Shown one piece after another: positions 21,329 through 33,923 of a stretch of DNA of 64,000 nt; positions within the stretch are counted from its first letter, which is position 1, and every line of letters begins with the position of its first letter. The notes under the pieces were generated by a model, which ran no database searches, had not been told where the DNA came from, and saw nothing but the letters and a program-made list of their open reading frames with translations. Made by a program: the position numbers and the translations under genes. Where the stretch lies: contig CBFFSA010000007.1 in assembly GCA_965644495.1 (NCBI GenBank), positions 682,001 through 746,000 on the forward strand, in the 5' to 3' direction. The DNA is from Perkinsela sp. CCAP 1560/9. Taxonomy: Eukaryota > Protista > Euglenozoa: Kinetoplastea.

Positions 21329-21824
21329 AGTAACCAATCTGTACGTGTTAGCTCCACTTGGATATTCTCTTGCTCCGGTTAGGGATACTATGAATACATT
21401 TTCCTATTGATTTAGAGAAATAGCCTATAATTTATTTATGAATTTACATCTTACTATAATGTAGCCTAGCACACTAAGACTTGGTGTACCACATCTTAGA
21501 GCCCTGCCTGTGACATCTTTCGAAAAGGCAATATTAATGAATCCTTCTAAAAGTATCATACAGTATAAAATGCTTTGCTTACTTTTACACTGTGCGGTAT
21601 ACTGTAATGCATTGTACTGGCTGCATGACTACCCTATGCAATGGTTGCTTTAGAAATATAATGCTTATAGAAAATGAGAACATTGACCAAAATCTTGGTT
21701 GCACTAGACAAAAAAGTCTGGATTACAAGTGCATTCGAATAGGATTAGTTCTACATACTACTATATGAACGTACTAGAGATCATGTGCTAGATATCGACG
21801 CTAGGAGAAATACCCCACAGCCAC

Positions 21825-22979
21825 TCAAGTGCTCGGTTTTCGTCTCTTTCTTCCAATACCCTCTTCTACAGCTGTAATAGCATTCGGTGCAGTATCAGTA
21901 AAAGACAATGTACCCATTTTTGGTAAAGTAGACGATTCTTTCGGATCATTGGAATGATTTGGTGAGCTGAACGGTTCGAAACGACGCTTTTGGGCCGTTT
22001 TCATTTTTTCGGGAGGTGAATCGGCCGTTTCTAAAGATGAGTCTGTCCTCAGTGTCGCACTTGGCATGTCGCGCGCCTTGGATAACACATGAACCCATTC
22101 GTCACCCATCAATTTATTTCGCAAAACATTGTCTTTGAGTGGATTATCCAGCTCCCTTCCATGCTCCGGAGGTTCTGTGATAGAAGCGGGAAACGGCTCT
22201 CGATGCTTTGGGTCATGTACCGCATATGCGTTAGGATCCGCCGTTGCTTTAAACTGTGCGAAGCGGGAGAGAGTATCGTTACCTCTTGCTTCATCATTTT
22301 TGTCGGACAAATGTTTGGTGGAAGACAATTCCGGTTTCGGAATGAACACGGGTGTCCTTACTACGCCAGCAATGTCACCACCTCTACGATCTCGGGCGGA
22401 AGCGATAGACGGATCTGTGCTGGCCATCTCGTCAATAGACTGCATGGAAGGCAGCGGGGCTGATATCCGGTAAAAAAGCATGTCCTTCTTTAGCACAAGA
22501 TGTCGATCCATCCCGCTTCCTTCGCTGTGATGCCCAAGATTGTACAATTGTGCCAGTCGATGCAACTCTTTTCGATCGTAGCCGCTAAGATTTGACGGAC
22601 AAACGTAGCTTGTTTGGGTGTCATCCTCCACAAATTGCGCAATGTGCTTTGACCAAAAATGTACAAAACGGGGTCTATCTTCTGCCACAGTAAGTTCATT
22701 TCTTGCCTTTACAAGTCGAATATCTTCGGAAGTAAGCTTCATGTACTGCGGCAGTAACTGTAACGTCTCCGGAGCAGTCAGCGCGGCCAAAGTGTCCACT
22801 CCATACATCGTACTTGTCGAAAAAGACTTCCCGTCGTGTTCCGTGCTAAAATCACCGCCATTTCTTTGCTGTTGCAGAGCACGTGCAGCCTGGGAAGCAG
22901 CAGATAGGAAATGACGCTGCTTGCGAACAACATCGCTTGCAGCTTTTGCCATTGCCAACACTTCGTCAGACGAATTCAT
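21825..22979 (-). CDS. R3H-domain protein
   Basis: PSNLSGYDRKELHRLAQLYNLGHHSEGSGMDRHLVLKK (RxxxH). Confidence 0.85.
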   Translation of the reverse strand: MNSSDEVLAMAKAASDVVRKQRHFLSAASQAARALQQQRNGGDFSTEHDGKSFSTSTMYGVDTLAALTAPETLQLLPQYMKLTSEDIRLVKARNELTVAEDRPRFVHFWSKHIAQFVEDDTQTSYVCPSNLSGYDRKELHRLAQLYNLGHHSEGSGMDRHLVLKKDMLFYRISAPLPSMQSIDEMASTDPSIASARDRRGGDIAGVVRTPVFIPKPELSSTKHLSDKNDEARGNDTLSRFAQFKATADPNAYAVHDPKHREPFPASITEPPEHGRELDNPLKDNVLRNKLMGDEWVHVLSKARDMPSATLRTDSSLETADSPPEKMKTAQKRRFEPFSSPNHSNDPKESSTLPKMGTLSFTDTAPNAITAVEEGIGRKRRKPST

Positions 22980-23249
22980 TCAAGTAGTGGAAAAGATAAT
23001 AAAATTCTTCACCCTTATTATGGAGTGAAAAAGACTCTCTATGTCAATATCACATTTATTTATTTACGTCATATTATATGACATATTGATATGATGTACT
23101 CTATTTCTCATTGATTTTAATAAATGGCAAGTCACAAATTTTGAAAAACAGTTATGAAAATTCTAAAATTAATAAATTTAGTTTTTGTTCATAAAAATCT
23201 TTTAGAACATAAACGGGGGTACGGCTTAATGTACCGGGTACTTTTTTAT

Positions 23250-23336
23250 ATACTGGGGGGGTATATTGGGTAGCGATTATACCCCCCCAGTATTGCCCCT
23301 TCATGTATTACCCCCATCATGTATTGCCCCTTCTAA
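23250..23336. repeat. Inverted plus tandem repeat cluster (MITE-end-like relic)
   Basis: ATACTGGGGGGGTATA ... TATACCCCCCCAGTAT inverted pair, followed by three GTATT(G/A)CCCC units. Confidence 0.6.
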
Positions 23337-23374
23337 CATTTTTGGTTTACCGCAAAAAAACATTGGAGCTAATA

Positions 23375-24653
23375 CAGTAACTAACAAAAGTGTTCAAATG
23401 TTTTCACAAATTTTAATGTTTTTATATTTTACAAAAGAGATGCAGAGGATAATGCAGTAGTATATTACAGTAGTGTAGGCTGGAGTAGTGCTTACAATCC
23501 CACATACTTAGACTTCATCAACGATCTTACTATAAAAAACTATGAAAGATAATGCGAGCCCAACACTTGAACACTTTTTTCACTTTTTTGAGATTATTTT
23601 TTTTTGACCAAAACTTTGCCTTACTTCACCCTTACCAAACCAAAATGACCAAAACTTAATACTTCGTAAGTCCCCCCTTCGCCCTAATTCTGCCTTCAAA
23701 CGACGGGGCATGCTACGGACAAGAGGAAGACATGCACTCGGAGGAAGGCCTGCCCACGCTTTTTGGGCGCGTCCCCAAAGTTCCAACATTCCTACGGGAG
23801 GATCTGGATGATCCGCAGTTGACTTTTTGAGCTCGCCCCACAGGTGCTCTATGGGATTTAAATCAGGAGACTGCGGGGGCCAGTCTAGGACACACAATTC
23901 TTGTAAATGAAGGAATTCCAGGGCCTTCTTACTCGTGTGCTTTGGATCATTATCTTGCTGGAAGATGATCCAGTCCTTCATGACTTCCAACTTGTGGAGG
24001 GAAGGAGACAAATCCTGTGAAGTATTCGAACGTACTGTTCAGCATTCATGTTGCCATGAACCAGAGCAATGGAGCCCACGCCGTGAAACATCATACACCC
24101 CCATACCGTGATGGATCCCCACCGTACTTCACGGTGCTGTGTGTATTTCGCTCTGAAAGTGCTTCCCCAAAGCTCACCCACGCCCACCTGCAGCCATTCG
24201 ACTCGAAACGGCAGATCTTACTTTCATCAGTGAAAAGCACACGGCTCCAGTCGGCGTTCGTCCAATGCTCGTACTTCTTTGCAAAAGCAAGACGTAGAGC
24301 TTTGTGACGCTTCGTAAGGTGGGGTTTCCGTAATTTCTTCTTCCCCTTCAAACCACGCTACCAAAGGTAAACCCGAATGGTTTGGGGTGAAACATCTGCA
24401 ACCCCCTCATCTCTCAACCGTTTACTGGTAGCGACTGCATCCCTTAACAGGGCGACCTGTTTTCGGTTTGTTAACTAAGTTGGGTGTAATGTTATTTACA
24501 TTTCCTACGCTCAATTGTAGATATAACGATACTTTCCGAATTGATAATCCGTTCTTTAGTTTTTCTATAACAAGCCTACGTAGATCACTGGGTGTACTGC
24601 GCATAGTGCAATGAAACGCAAAGTAAATAACGAAAATCTTACTCCATTTACTG
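23375..24653 (-). mobile_element. Putative extent of the Tc1 element
   Basis: TA|CAGTAACTAACAAAAGTG at left and TTACTG|TA at right. Only ~6 bp of terminal match, so the boundaries are tentative. Confidence 0.45.
23656..24604 (-). pseudogene. Tc1-family DD34E transposase, frameshifted
   Basis: HTH N-terminus ..KTGRP; KPHLTKRHKALRLAFAK; VLFTDESK; TVKYGG; VWGCM; FQQDNDPKH-WPPQSPDLNPIEHLW (34 residues between D and E); C-terminus GGLTKY* (stop at 23656-23658). Split over at least four frame segments. Confidence 0.95.
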
Positions 24654-24713
24654 TACTTTTTATGCGCAGTACACCCAGTGATCTACGTAGGCTTGTTATA
24701 GAAAAGTTAAAGA
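24553..24713. repeat. Fold-back inverted repeat of the Tc1 start region
   Basis: 24561-24605 is the exact reverse complement of 24661-24705 (45 bp, extendable to 53 bp with 2 mismatches), with a 55-nt spacer. Confidence 0.95.
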
Positions 24714-25509
24714 CCGTCGCCGTCCCCTACGCCGGCCCTGCCTGCCGCCGTCCTCGCGCTCCTTCTGTCCATGCGTGAGTGACACCGCCCGGTATCGAAT
24801 ATAACAAGACACCAAACAATTATTGGTGTTATTCGGAGTCTCTTTTTACCGGCCGCTGATAAAGTAATTGCCTGCTTTGCTACGCTGATTCGTCAGCGAA
24901 GTATATGAAGTCTATGGAAATATAGCATGGCTCACACAGCACAAAGGCAGAACAATTGGAAATTCTCCGGCGGCTACGTCCCCTAGTTGGATATAAAGCC
25001 TCATCTATCTATCTAAACCTTCTTAACTGATGCAAAAAAGCCGACGCGAAAATCAGTATCCTTGAGAAGTTTTCTCATTGATTTTTATAATTATAATATA
25101 GTAAATATAAATTTTCATTTTTCTTGTAAATTATATTTATAAAAATCAATGAGAGGGAGACTGCATTATTCATGCATCTGTGCACAACGCCTTTTTTTAT
25201 ACCCGAAGCAAATATTCAATGCAACTACTGGATAATTCTGAAAGAACCACTCTGAACTTTCGTTAAAGCGCAAAATCGTTGTAAGTTGTCCCAAAGAATC
25301 GCTTAGAGTTCCATTGTCCATTTTCCCCAATAATTGAACAAAGTATCAAAGATCGTTCTATGTATGTACTATGTATGTATGATAGTATTTGCAACAAAAT
25401 TGCGTCAGGCAAGACATGTTAGAAAAGGAAGTATAAGACATTTATACAGAGTTACCACAATTAGTTATGATAAATTCGGTAAAGCCATTTAAGCGGACTC
25501 TTGTATGAG

Positions 25510-25893
25510 TTACGCTTTTGAATGCTTCAAGGAGTAATCATAAAGTTGTTCTAGAACACGTTCTTCGTTTTTATCAACACAGCGCTCAAAATCGTCAATA
25601 GTGGAAGAACAATGCTTCATCAAATTAATCTTGATAGTGTTCAAATTGCTGTTCTTAGCATCAGGGCTATGTTCCCAGTCTACAGACATGGAATCTTGTG
25701 ATCTTTCAGCCGAATACTTATTGTAGCATTGCGCAGCACGCTCCCATTCTTCCTTGCAGGGTTCATCTAATACTGGCGTATTACTCTGTATAACTTTCTG
25801 AAAGCTTTGGAACGAACGACTAAGGTGGTCTTGTACAACTCGATACGTGTTTATCTCCGAGTCCAACGCGTCTATATCTAGTGAATCTGTCAT
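25510..25893 (-). CDS. Hypothetical small helical protein
   Basis: 127-aa ATG-initiated ORF in the cluster orientation with protein-like composition; no recognisable motif. Confidence 0.6.
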   Translation of the reverse strand: MTDSLDIDALDSEINTYRVVQDHLSRSFQSFQKVIQSNTPVLDEPCKEEWERAAQCYNKYSAERSQDSMSVDWEHSPDAKNSNLNTIKINLMKHCSSTIDDFERCVDKNEERVLEQLYDYSLKHSKA

Positions 25894-26128
25894 TTAGTGA
25901 AAATTAAGGCTCATGTTAGTCAAAATTGTTGCGCTACAAAGTAATCCCATAAATTCTATATCGAAATACTGCGTTATGGTCGTAGTACTACATACAAGTT
26001 TTCATGTATTGCACTGTATATATCAGTCGTAAGAACTGAAATTCAATTCACAGATGATATGCCATCAAACTAGCATAAAAGCTTCACTAAACGACTTCCT
26101 ACGCGGTCTCAGACTAACAATTCACATT

Positions 26129-29100
26129 CTATGCATAACTCACAAAACTCGATTCCAGGGAAGCTAAGGCCGCATCCCATGTCGTCCACTCAGGTATGAT
26201 TCGACGAGCGGAGTGTAACTTTGGCGTCTTCGTTAAAGGGTTATTGCAGAGATCTATCGTTTTAGCCCGTGCTTTGCTCCTATCATCACACCAAGTCTCG
26301 CACCAGAGCCATTCCTCAGGCAAAGAGAAGATCGGGACGACCTCCTGAACGTAGTTGGGCAAATCCTGATCCAGATTAGCTAAGCTATGCGATTCTCCTG
26401 CAAGGCTATCATAGATTGTGCGATACACATCTCCAGCTGTTCTCTCTCGAAAACGTGTAAGATCGACAACATAAATCGCGCTAATGTGATAATTTTTACC
26501 TTGTAGATGTGTTTTCCAAAAGCCGTGTTTCCAAAAACGAAACCCTTCGGTTTCCTTTCGAGCATTTTTGGTACAAAATGGAGTGTATCCCACTGCATGA
26601 CCTTGTAAATCCATATTGTACAACTCTTGCACGTCAGATCGTATGACTTGATCGGCATCGACGAATATGATTCTTTGCACAGATAAAGGAAACAATACGT
26701 CAAGAAACAGAACCTTATATGCCCATATCAAACGCTGCTTTTCAGACTGGGCATGCAGCCAATCAGGCCATTTGTAAGTGACGAGTTCGTAGTCGCAACC
26801 AAAAGACTTGGCGTATTGTGGGAGAACCCTTTTAAAAGAAGGTGACAAAAAATTCTCTACAAGCCAGAATTTCACTCTAGCTTTTGTGTGATTCGTAAGA
26901 GTATACATCATCAGTCGAAGAAACCTCTCATAAAGAAACCCGGAAGCGATGCTGAATATATGTACCCTGGGATCATTTGTGGCAGGAACTCCCTTCACCC
27001 CTGAGTCGGAGTAAAACGGAGTTGTGGTGGCGTCCTTTCCATAACTTGCTTCACACCTTTCAACTTTAATTTCTAAGTGAAGATCCGAAAATTTGTCAAT
27101 GGAAATAGAGAATGAGCTCCCTTTTACGTTCATATTGAACTCGGAACTCATGGACACATGTACTACGCGATATTTCTTGCTCCAATCTCCTTCTAGTATT
27201 GATATGGTCCATTTGCCTGGGCTCAGTTGCAACTGAAAGTAACCAAAATTGGACATCACAGTGGTATCGCGTGTTTCAGTAGTACCAGATTTTCGAGCGA
27301 ATAATGGCAAACCTGGAACTGGTTGCCCTGTGACACGATCCGTACATGAACCGGAAAGTACTAGAGAGCGTAGCTCGTACTGGACCTTTACAGATGATAC
27401 TAAGCCATTTTCAAGGAATATATTGTCCAAATCGTGGTGAGAGCGACTTGGAAAACTCAGCCAAGTTACGGGCTCCTGTACACTCATGGTGTATAAAACT
27501 GTTTTTGGCAAATCGTGGAACACAATGGGGGGATGTAAATTATCGTGAGGAACCCAGTCATAGTTGAAGGCGTATTCATAATACGCAGGTGAGGGTATTT
27601 CAAACATAATTCGTTTAGGATTCAGGAATATACGAAGTGATAGAGTAAATTTCTCGTAAAGAAGATTTGCCAGTACCAACAACTTAGACGCATCTGGAGA
27701 AAGAGGATTTATGATTGCCGAAATGGAGTGAAGACCATGGGATCGATTGTTGGGAGAAAAAGGTAATCCTGGAAGACAATCTGTATAAAAGATATCTCTG
27801 TCCCCATGCTTCCGTGCATCTTTGTCCACGATGAGCGAAAAGACAGCACAAAACGCACTCAGAGTACCATTATTGACGTTTAGCCTATGTAAGATGCTGT
27901 TTAGCTGAGCTGAAAACTCTGGCGTAAATAACCGCAACAATTGTTCATTAAAAAGTGCAAAATCCTCCTTTGAAAAGAGAATCATCCCATCGTTGGATGT
28001 GCTCAAATCAACACAGCGACCATTGGATATCAAAAAAGCAGGTAACGCACCGCAGACCTGAGCAGCGATTCTTTCATCCAATATGTAACGTGTATAATCG
28101 ATTTTATCAGGGTGATCCATATTATCCGGAAATTGCAGTGAAAAGTCATGAATTAGCGATTCTGAAAGATTATGTATTCGGGGTTTACTAGCGCTTGGGG
28201 TACTAGCGTCTGCCAAATTCGACAAGTAGGCCTCTCTCAAATAGTTTGCTATTTTAAGTACTTTAGAAAAGCTTTGAGTCGAAAGAGCACTAGTTATCGC
28301 ACGGATAGAAAAGTCTTCGCTGCTTCCTATAAAATAGAAGGCTACGCGTATCGCATTTTCATGCTCATTTCCATTTTTGAATGGAAAAGTGCCATTCACA
28401 ATTTGTGATACTATACCAAGCAATGAGTCAATTCCTTGCAAAGTGCGAATGTCAGATACTACGATGTGTGACAAATTGAAAATTCGTGTATCTTTATCGT
28501 CGGAAATCCAATTGCCGCTCTGTAAAACACGTATGTAGTCATCAATACTCAAAGTCACATATTTCGGAGCTGTATACAATGCTGGTTGTAGATGTATTAC
28601 AGAACCTAAATTTTTCGCAATGTTTGTTGCACTGTCTTTTGTCAAAGAGTTCAAAAGTCCCTTTTTAACCAAGGGTCGAAGGGCAACACGCTCCTCATCC
28701 ACCGCTTTTGCAATGTCTAAATCCTTTGCCAGCGGATTTCCGTTCATGAAAGTAGCAGGCACTTCGTTGCCTCTTCCTGACTTTCGAACGTATTCCATCG
28801 CTTCTTTGTATGTTGCGTACCATTTTCGATTTTTTAAAATTTTGGTCAACGAATGTGTAGTAAATGTGTTCAAAGTTGATACTATTAACGATTTATCTAT
28901 AACGACGTTCTTTGTACCTGCCAGTTTATACAGGAATTTATAACCAAGCGTTGGATCAGATGCGTCGTTTTCGGAAAGAAAGAAAAAGCAAGAGATTATT
29001 ATTTCTGCAAGCGAGACTTTACTTCTGGAGAGGCTCATATCATTTTCAACGTTTCTGATGTCTTCCATATCAAGGGTGATGGGCGCTGAAGTTTGTAGCT

Positions 29101-30813
29101 TGTGTTGATCTACAAGGATAACGCCAAATCGGACGGGAAATGACTGCAAATACGCTTGCACAAGATGAGCAAGCGTTTGAAGACCTCCTCGGGTTGAAGG
29201 ATCGAGAACTGCCACGTAATTTATAATATTTTTAGACACAGCTTGAGGATTTTCACTTAGGATTAAGAGATTCGGATCAGAGGGTAAATTTTCTGTATTA
29301 GAATCACCTTCCAGATTGTTCAGCCATTGCACATATTTACCATTGATAAACCAACGAGGGATAGAAGAAGTCGATGGTTTAAAAGGAACACCCAAAAGAC
29401 TCCTGAATAAGATTACAGCAGTATCACGAAAGCTGATATTGCTATGGCATTCTTCATCGTGAAGTTTCGTATCTTTGATACAAGCATGAAGAAGACGCAT
29501 CAACTCATCGATAAGAGCATGCTCTGCAAGCATAGCGCTACAAATTCGGAAAATGTCAATGTTATTAGCATAATACATTCGGTTGTTCAGTAAAAGCATA
29601 GATGCTCCATCGGCGACGTTATTAGTATCTTCCCTTGATTGATTTGGTAGCAATAGAGGACTGACCTGGCGTAAATCTACCCGCGACATTGCTTTCAAAG
29701 AATCTGGCAACCGAGAACTAATGCGACGTAAAAAATGTTGAGGGTTCGTTGAAGACATTATCTGCGCACATGCCTTCATTCCCAAGTGTTGTATTTCCCA
29801 GGGACGTAAACGAGAAGACCGGGGAATCGAAGCCTTCGTAATATTAGCAAGATGTTCTAGAAAATTAGGGAAAAAAACTGAGGAAATCTTTTGAAAAGCA
29901 CATCAAGCTCAATTCCGCAAGCGATGTTGGTCACATTTCCGGTTCTGTCGTTTCCCATAGTTACATTCCTGGTGCTTTCATCTACAGCACGATATTCAGT
30001 ACTTTTAATCGTCATTGCAGCTCCAAAGTTCTGGAGAGAAACATGTGCATCGCGCTCATCGGAGACTAGGTCACCTAAGAATGTGCTCTGGAATGTATAA
30101 CGCAGTCGCTGCGGATACTTTGCAAGAAGTCCTTGAATGGCGACATGGAATATGGCAGTTGATAGGTTTCCTAAACGACCATATAAAGTCATATTGTGAA
30201 CTTTGTAACCATGGTTTACATTTTCTATACAACCCGATTCAAAGTCATTGACCTCCTTTCGAGAAAGCATCAGAAAGCTCCCTTCAAGATCGTCAGGAGA
30301 AAAGACGTAATTTCCCTGATCAAGTTCCACAAACGTTTGCATGAACATATCATGCCTTTCAACGATATTTTTGACTGGACCACTCGAGAACAGATCAAGA
30401 AAAATTCCTGCATTCGCTAGACCTTCCGTCTTTTCCTTAACAGGCTGACGCTGGGAAGCAATTTTTGGAGAATAAAAGCGGGAAGCCAGACACATTTCAA
30501 ATAGATTTCGTTTTTCCAGGTCGTACGCCATCACAATATTACCCACTTCAACTACATGCTCCCAATGTGATTTGTATGAATTTCCTACACTTTTGCCCGA
30601 CGCTACAATTATTTGTGAGCTTGTATCGATGAATTCCCTGGATATATTCGTGTTTGTGCAGAATTCGTAGGCCTCGTCAAGTACAGAAGTTTCTGTCCAT
30701 GAGGAAAGTAAAGTTACTTCCACATCTTTGCAGGGGCAACAACAGAAAATTTGAAGGACTAATAGTAGGAATAGGTGTGATGCACCCGATGCTCTGCTGA
30801 TTGAATGTGTCAT
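26129..30813 (-). CDS. UGGT: UDP-glucose:glycoprotein glucosyltransferase, split by a frameshift at ~29871-29877
   Basis: Signal peptide plus VEVTLLSSW N-terminus in ORF 29857-30822. The C-terminal GT24 domain (HIFSIASGFLYERF, YKVLFLDVLFP, FVDADQ, NLDQDLPN, WLWCETWC, TIDLCNNP) is in ORF 26129-29785. A one-base shift in the T7 run joins them via RLRPWEIQHLGMKA. Confidence 0.93.
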
Positions 30814-31112
30814 CTTTCGCACTTTTCATGAATTCATTCTGTAATTCTACTGGTACATAATTGAATTGTATGAATTCATAAAAATCCTTCGTCTTCAACA
30901 ACAAATATCCATTCCACAAGGAAATAAAGTGATCAAAATTTGACCAAACATGTTCCGTTTTTTTCGGTATCATGGAACTGTATTTCAATAGAGTAATAAT
31001 GTAATGGTTTACCCAAAACGAAAATTTGTGGGACGGTTTGCTCACATCTGAAGTGATGGTGATAGTAATAATAATGTTTCCAATTTTTATTCAATTTACT
31101 TGCTAATTTTAT

Positions 31113-32408
31113 TCAATCACCGGATAAGAGCCATGGGAAGTATCTCTTGGGTTTACTTTTCCCTAGCGCACTTTCATTAGTACCCAAATTTGTAGCGTAC
31201 GTAAGGGCATAATGTTCGTGTAGCAAGTTCCATTCTTCCATTTCATCCAAATGTTCGATTGAATTTATGTATTGGAGAAGAGCTGGATTGTTCCTAAAAA
31301 GATTCTCCGCGTATTCCTTGAGATCTGAGGATATCGCTTCAGCCCAACCTGCCCTTCGAAATCTGTCTTCTAGGAGAAAGGGATTATTCCCAGATACAGT
31401 AGACAACAAAGGACAACCTTTGATTTCAAGAGCTCCGCACCGCTTCCTACCAAATGCGTCTTCGTTTCGAATAGGATCATACGATATTATTGAACTCTCA
31501 AGAAAGTTCGTTTGCAACATTTGTAGCAAAGAATCAACCACAGCAGAATCCAAATAAGAAAGGACGCATTCAAAGATAAACAAAGTTGGACGACCCCAGT
31601 CAAGGAAAGCACCAAGTATTTTACCCATACACGAAACATATCGCATATCCGAGGAAAGATAGATGAGTGATGTTCCCTTAACATTTTTGTGACTTTCAAA
31701 CTCAGAATCAGTCTCGTTTCGGTATCCGTTGTTTATAGATGTATACGAGGAAAAATCTTGATCCTTTGTTACCTCGGCGGATGCCTCGCAAATACGTACG
31801 TGATTTTTAAGAAGAAGAGCAAGCACTGTTTCACTTCTCTGAAGTATCTCTTTTTTCTTATCAAGTACTTCCTTAAAATCTACATCAACCCAACAGACGC
31901 CGTCAGGCAGAGGGGACTCATGTGATGACAAATGGGACTCTTCCATGTTAGTGACTGTTTTATTTCTTTCTCTCGCTTCAAGAAGCGCGAAGAATAACGT
32001 ATCATAGCCGCAACCAAAGTTCACTACTTGACACTGTGTAGAATGGTTTTTGAGAAAATGTGAAACTGCGGAGTGAACAGCCATAGTGCGAAGCCAATAC
32101 CCGCGATTCATCACCGGCGAATTTCCTCTTGCGCTTACTAAGGGTCTGGATATAGAATTTAAATGAGTCGATTGCTCAGAATTCTGTGTGCCTCCAATCG
32201 ATGTTGCAGTAAATTCTATGTTCGACTTTCCGTATTTCGAGACTCCTACGTGTTGTGAAATGTTTTGCTCAGCGTTCAATTCTCCAAGAGGATTGGTTGC
32301 GACGTATTCGAACAAACGTAAGTATGGATCATTCCAATACCCACGTGCGATAGCTCTTATTTTGCTTGCAGTGGAGTCATCATTGGTAGACTGAACTAGA
32401 TGAGTCAT
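31113..32408 (-). CDS. Leucine carboxyl methyltransferase (LCMT1/PPM1 family)
   Basis: VQSTNDDSTASK..GYWNDPY, SPVMNRGYWLR, QVVNFGCGYDT, PTLFIFECVLSYL, DEMEEW..HY. Confidence 0.92.
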   Translation of the reverse strand: MTHLVQSTNDDSTASKIRAIARGYWNDPYLRLFEYVATNPLGELNAEQNISQHVGVSKYGKSNIEFTATSIGGTQNSEQSTHLNSISRPLVSARGNSPVMNRGYWLRTMAVHSAVSHFLKNHSTQCQVVNFGCGYDTLFFALLEARERNKTVTNMEESHLSSHESPLPDGVCWVDVDFKEVLDKKKEILQRSETVLALLLKNHVRICEASAEVTKDQDFSSYTSINNGYRNETDSEFESHKNVKGTSLIYLSSDMRYVSCMGKILGAFLDWGRPTLFIFECVLSYLDSAVVDSLLQMLQTNFLESSIISYDPIRNEDAFGRKRCGALEIKGCPLLSTVSGNNPFLLEDRFRRAGWAEAISSDLKEYAENLFRNNPALLQYINSIEHLDEMEEWNLLHEHYALTYATNLGTNESALGKSKPKRYFPWLLSGD

Positions 32409-32843
32409 AAGAACTGTGCGAGATGAGATAGAACAATTGTTTCAAGCATCTCCTGGAAGCCAAAGATACTTAGTATATTGGTGACACGGGCAATAATTGG
32501 GAAGTACGATGCGAAATCGTATTGCGAGAGTTTATCACCCGGAAGATCATGTCTTTTCGCCACAATAACTCGAAAAAAACTAGAAATATACAGACAAAAA
32601 CCAGAAACATACATGTACATGTATGTTTGTGCTGCAGACACATTAGTTGTGCTATTATCAAAATAATTTTATTGTTTAACTATGATCTAGTCAAGTTTAC
32701 GAAAACAGCATCTGGAATCAGAAGTATAATATTGCCTTTTGATACAATATCAATATATTACATTGTGGTCGATGATGTACGTTCGATTTGATAATCTTAT
32801 AAAAATATTACTAGTGTGTATACATGTAGCATCTTATCACGAT

Positions 32844-33680
32844 TCAATCTAAGTGGTCTTCACCAGCATCTGTACCTCTCTTGAGTTGCTTCATATAGAA
32901 CTGAGCTACGCTTGCACGGGCAACCTTATTACGCTTTTCAAATAAACTCCGCTGATTATCTCGACGTTCCACATGTTTCGGGGGAGCCAACTTAAAAGGA
33001 AGAATAAAGCGCGCGGCTTCCCAAAAGTACTTACACTTCTCACCCAATTCAAGAGCGTGAATTAAATCTTCTACGCACAACAAACCGTATGCCTCCAAGT
33101 GATTCTCCACAACTAAGTTATTGTCAAGCGGGAGCAAATTTCCCTTGTCATCGCGATATCGCGCGTGATGCTTAACTAAATCACTGAGTTGTTCCTGTGA
33201 AAGAGAACCCGCGAGCACGTAATCCTGCAATACATGCATGTCTTCCGCAACGTCTTTCGTGGAAGGAAGTATAACTGCGTCGTGAAGCTGGGACAAGCGA
33301 TATTTTTCTAATAGAATCTTCGTAATGCGGCTGACATCTGTGGAGCCTTTGGTTCGAACTGCCAGCAATGCTCCTCCAGTCACCGGTGTCTCCAATGTTG
33401 CCTTTTCCAAATGCTTTACTCGCATGTTGACTTTGCGCTCCAAGCGCTCTCTGCGTGACGCATTCAGCATAAACTCTTTCGCGGATCGGAGTCGCTTCTG
33501 CTTGGTTCCCGCCACAGCTTTTTTAGCGGTGTAGTGAGGTCGGGACAACTGATGGGAGCGGATTGCGTTTCGTATTTTCTGGTTCCGGTGTTCCTCGATT
33601 GATTTGCGACGCTGAAGTATGGTTACACGTACTCTCTCCCCTTCGCCCGCACCAATGTGCTTCGGGATGTTTTTTCCCAT
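32844..33680 (-). CDS. Ribosomal L7/L30-like biogenesis protein (RLP7-like)
   Basis: RVTILQRRK, LAVRTKG, RLSQLHDAV, LPLDNNLVVENHL..GLLCVEDLIH, FILPFKLAPP. Confidence 0.85.
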   Translation of the reverse strand: MGKNIPKHIGAGEGERVRVTILQRRKSIEEHRNQKIRNAIRSHQLSRPHYTAKKAVAGTKQKRLRSAKEFMLNASRRERLERKVNMRVKHLEKATLETPVTGGALLAVRTKGSTDVSRITKILLEKYRLSQLHDAVILPSTKDVAEDMHVLQDYVLAGSLSQEQLSDLVKHHARYRDDKGNLLPLDNNLVVENHLEAYGLLCVEDLIHALELGEKCKYFWEAARFILPFKLAPPKHVERRDNQRSLFEKRNKVARASVAQFYMKQLKRGTDAGEDHLD

Positions 33681-33923
33681 TGTAAGAAATGCAAGTAGTG
33701 AAAATCAAGGAAAGCGGAATAATGTTAGGAATATTCAAATCATCAAGATATATGGCATATTATATGATATAAGAATCAAAAAGTTTACCTTTCCGAAATA
33801 TTAGTTCCCGAAAATGAGTCATTCAGTTCAACGAACAAGGTTACTGTTTGCAGGCTCATATGTTCCCAACCATTAAGGCTGAGCTTGGGCCAAATCTGAG
33901 CATGTGATAAAGCTGAGTCATAG

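Noticed and set aside
23105-25154. TCTCATTGATTTT inverted pair as TIRs of a larger element around Tc1
   Set aside because: AT-rich 13-mer with a third copy near 25074 and no TSD found.
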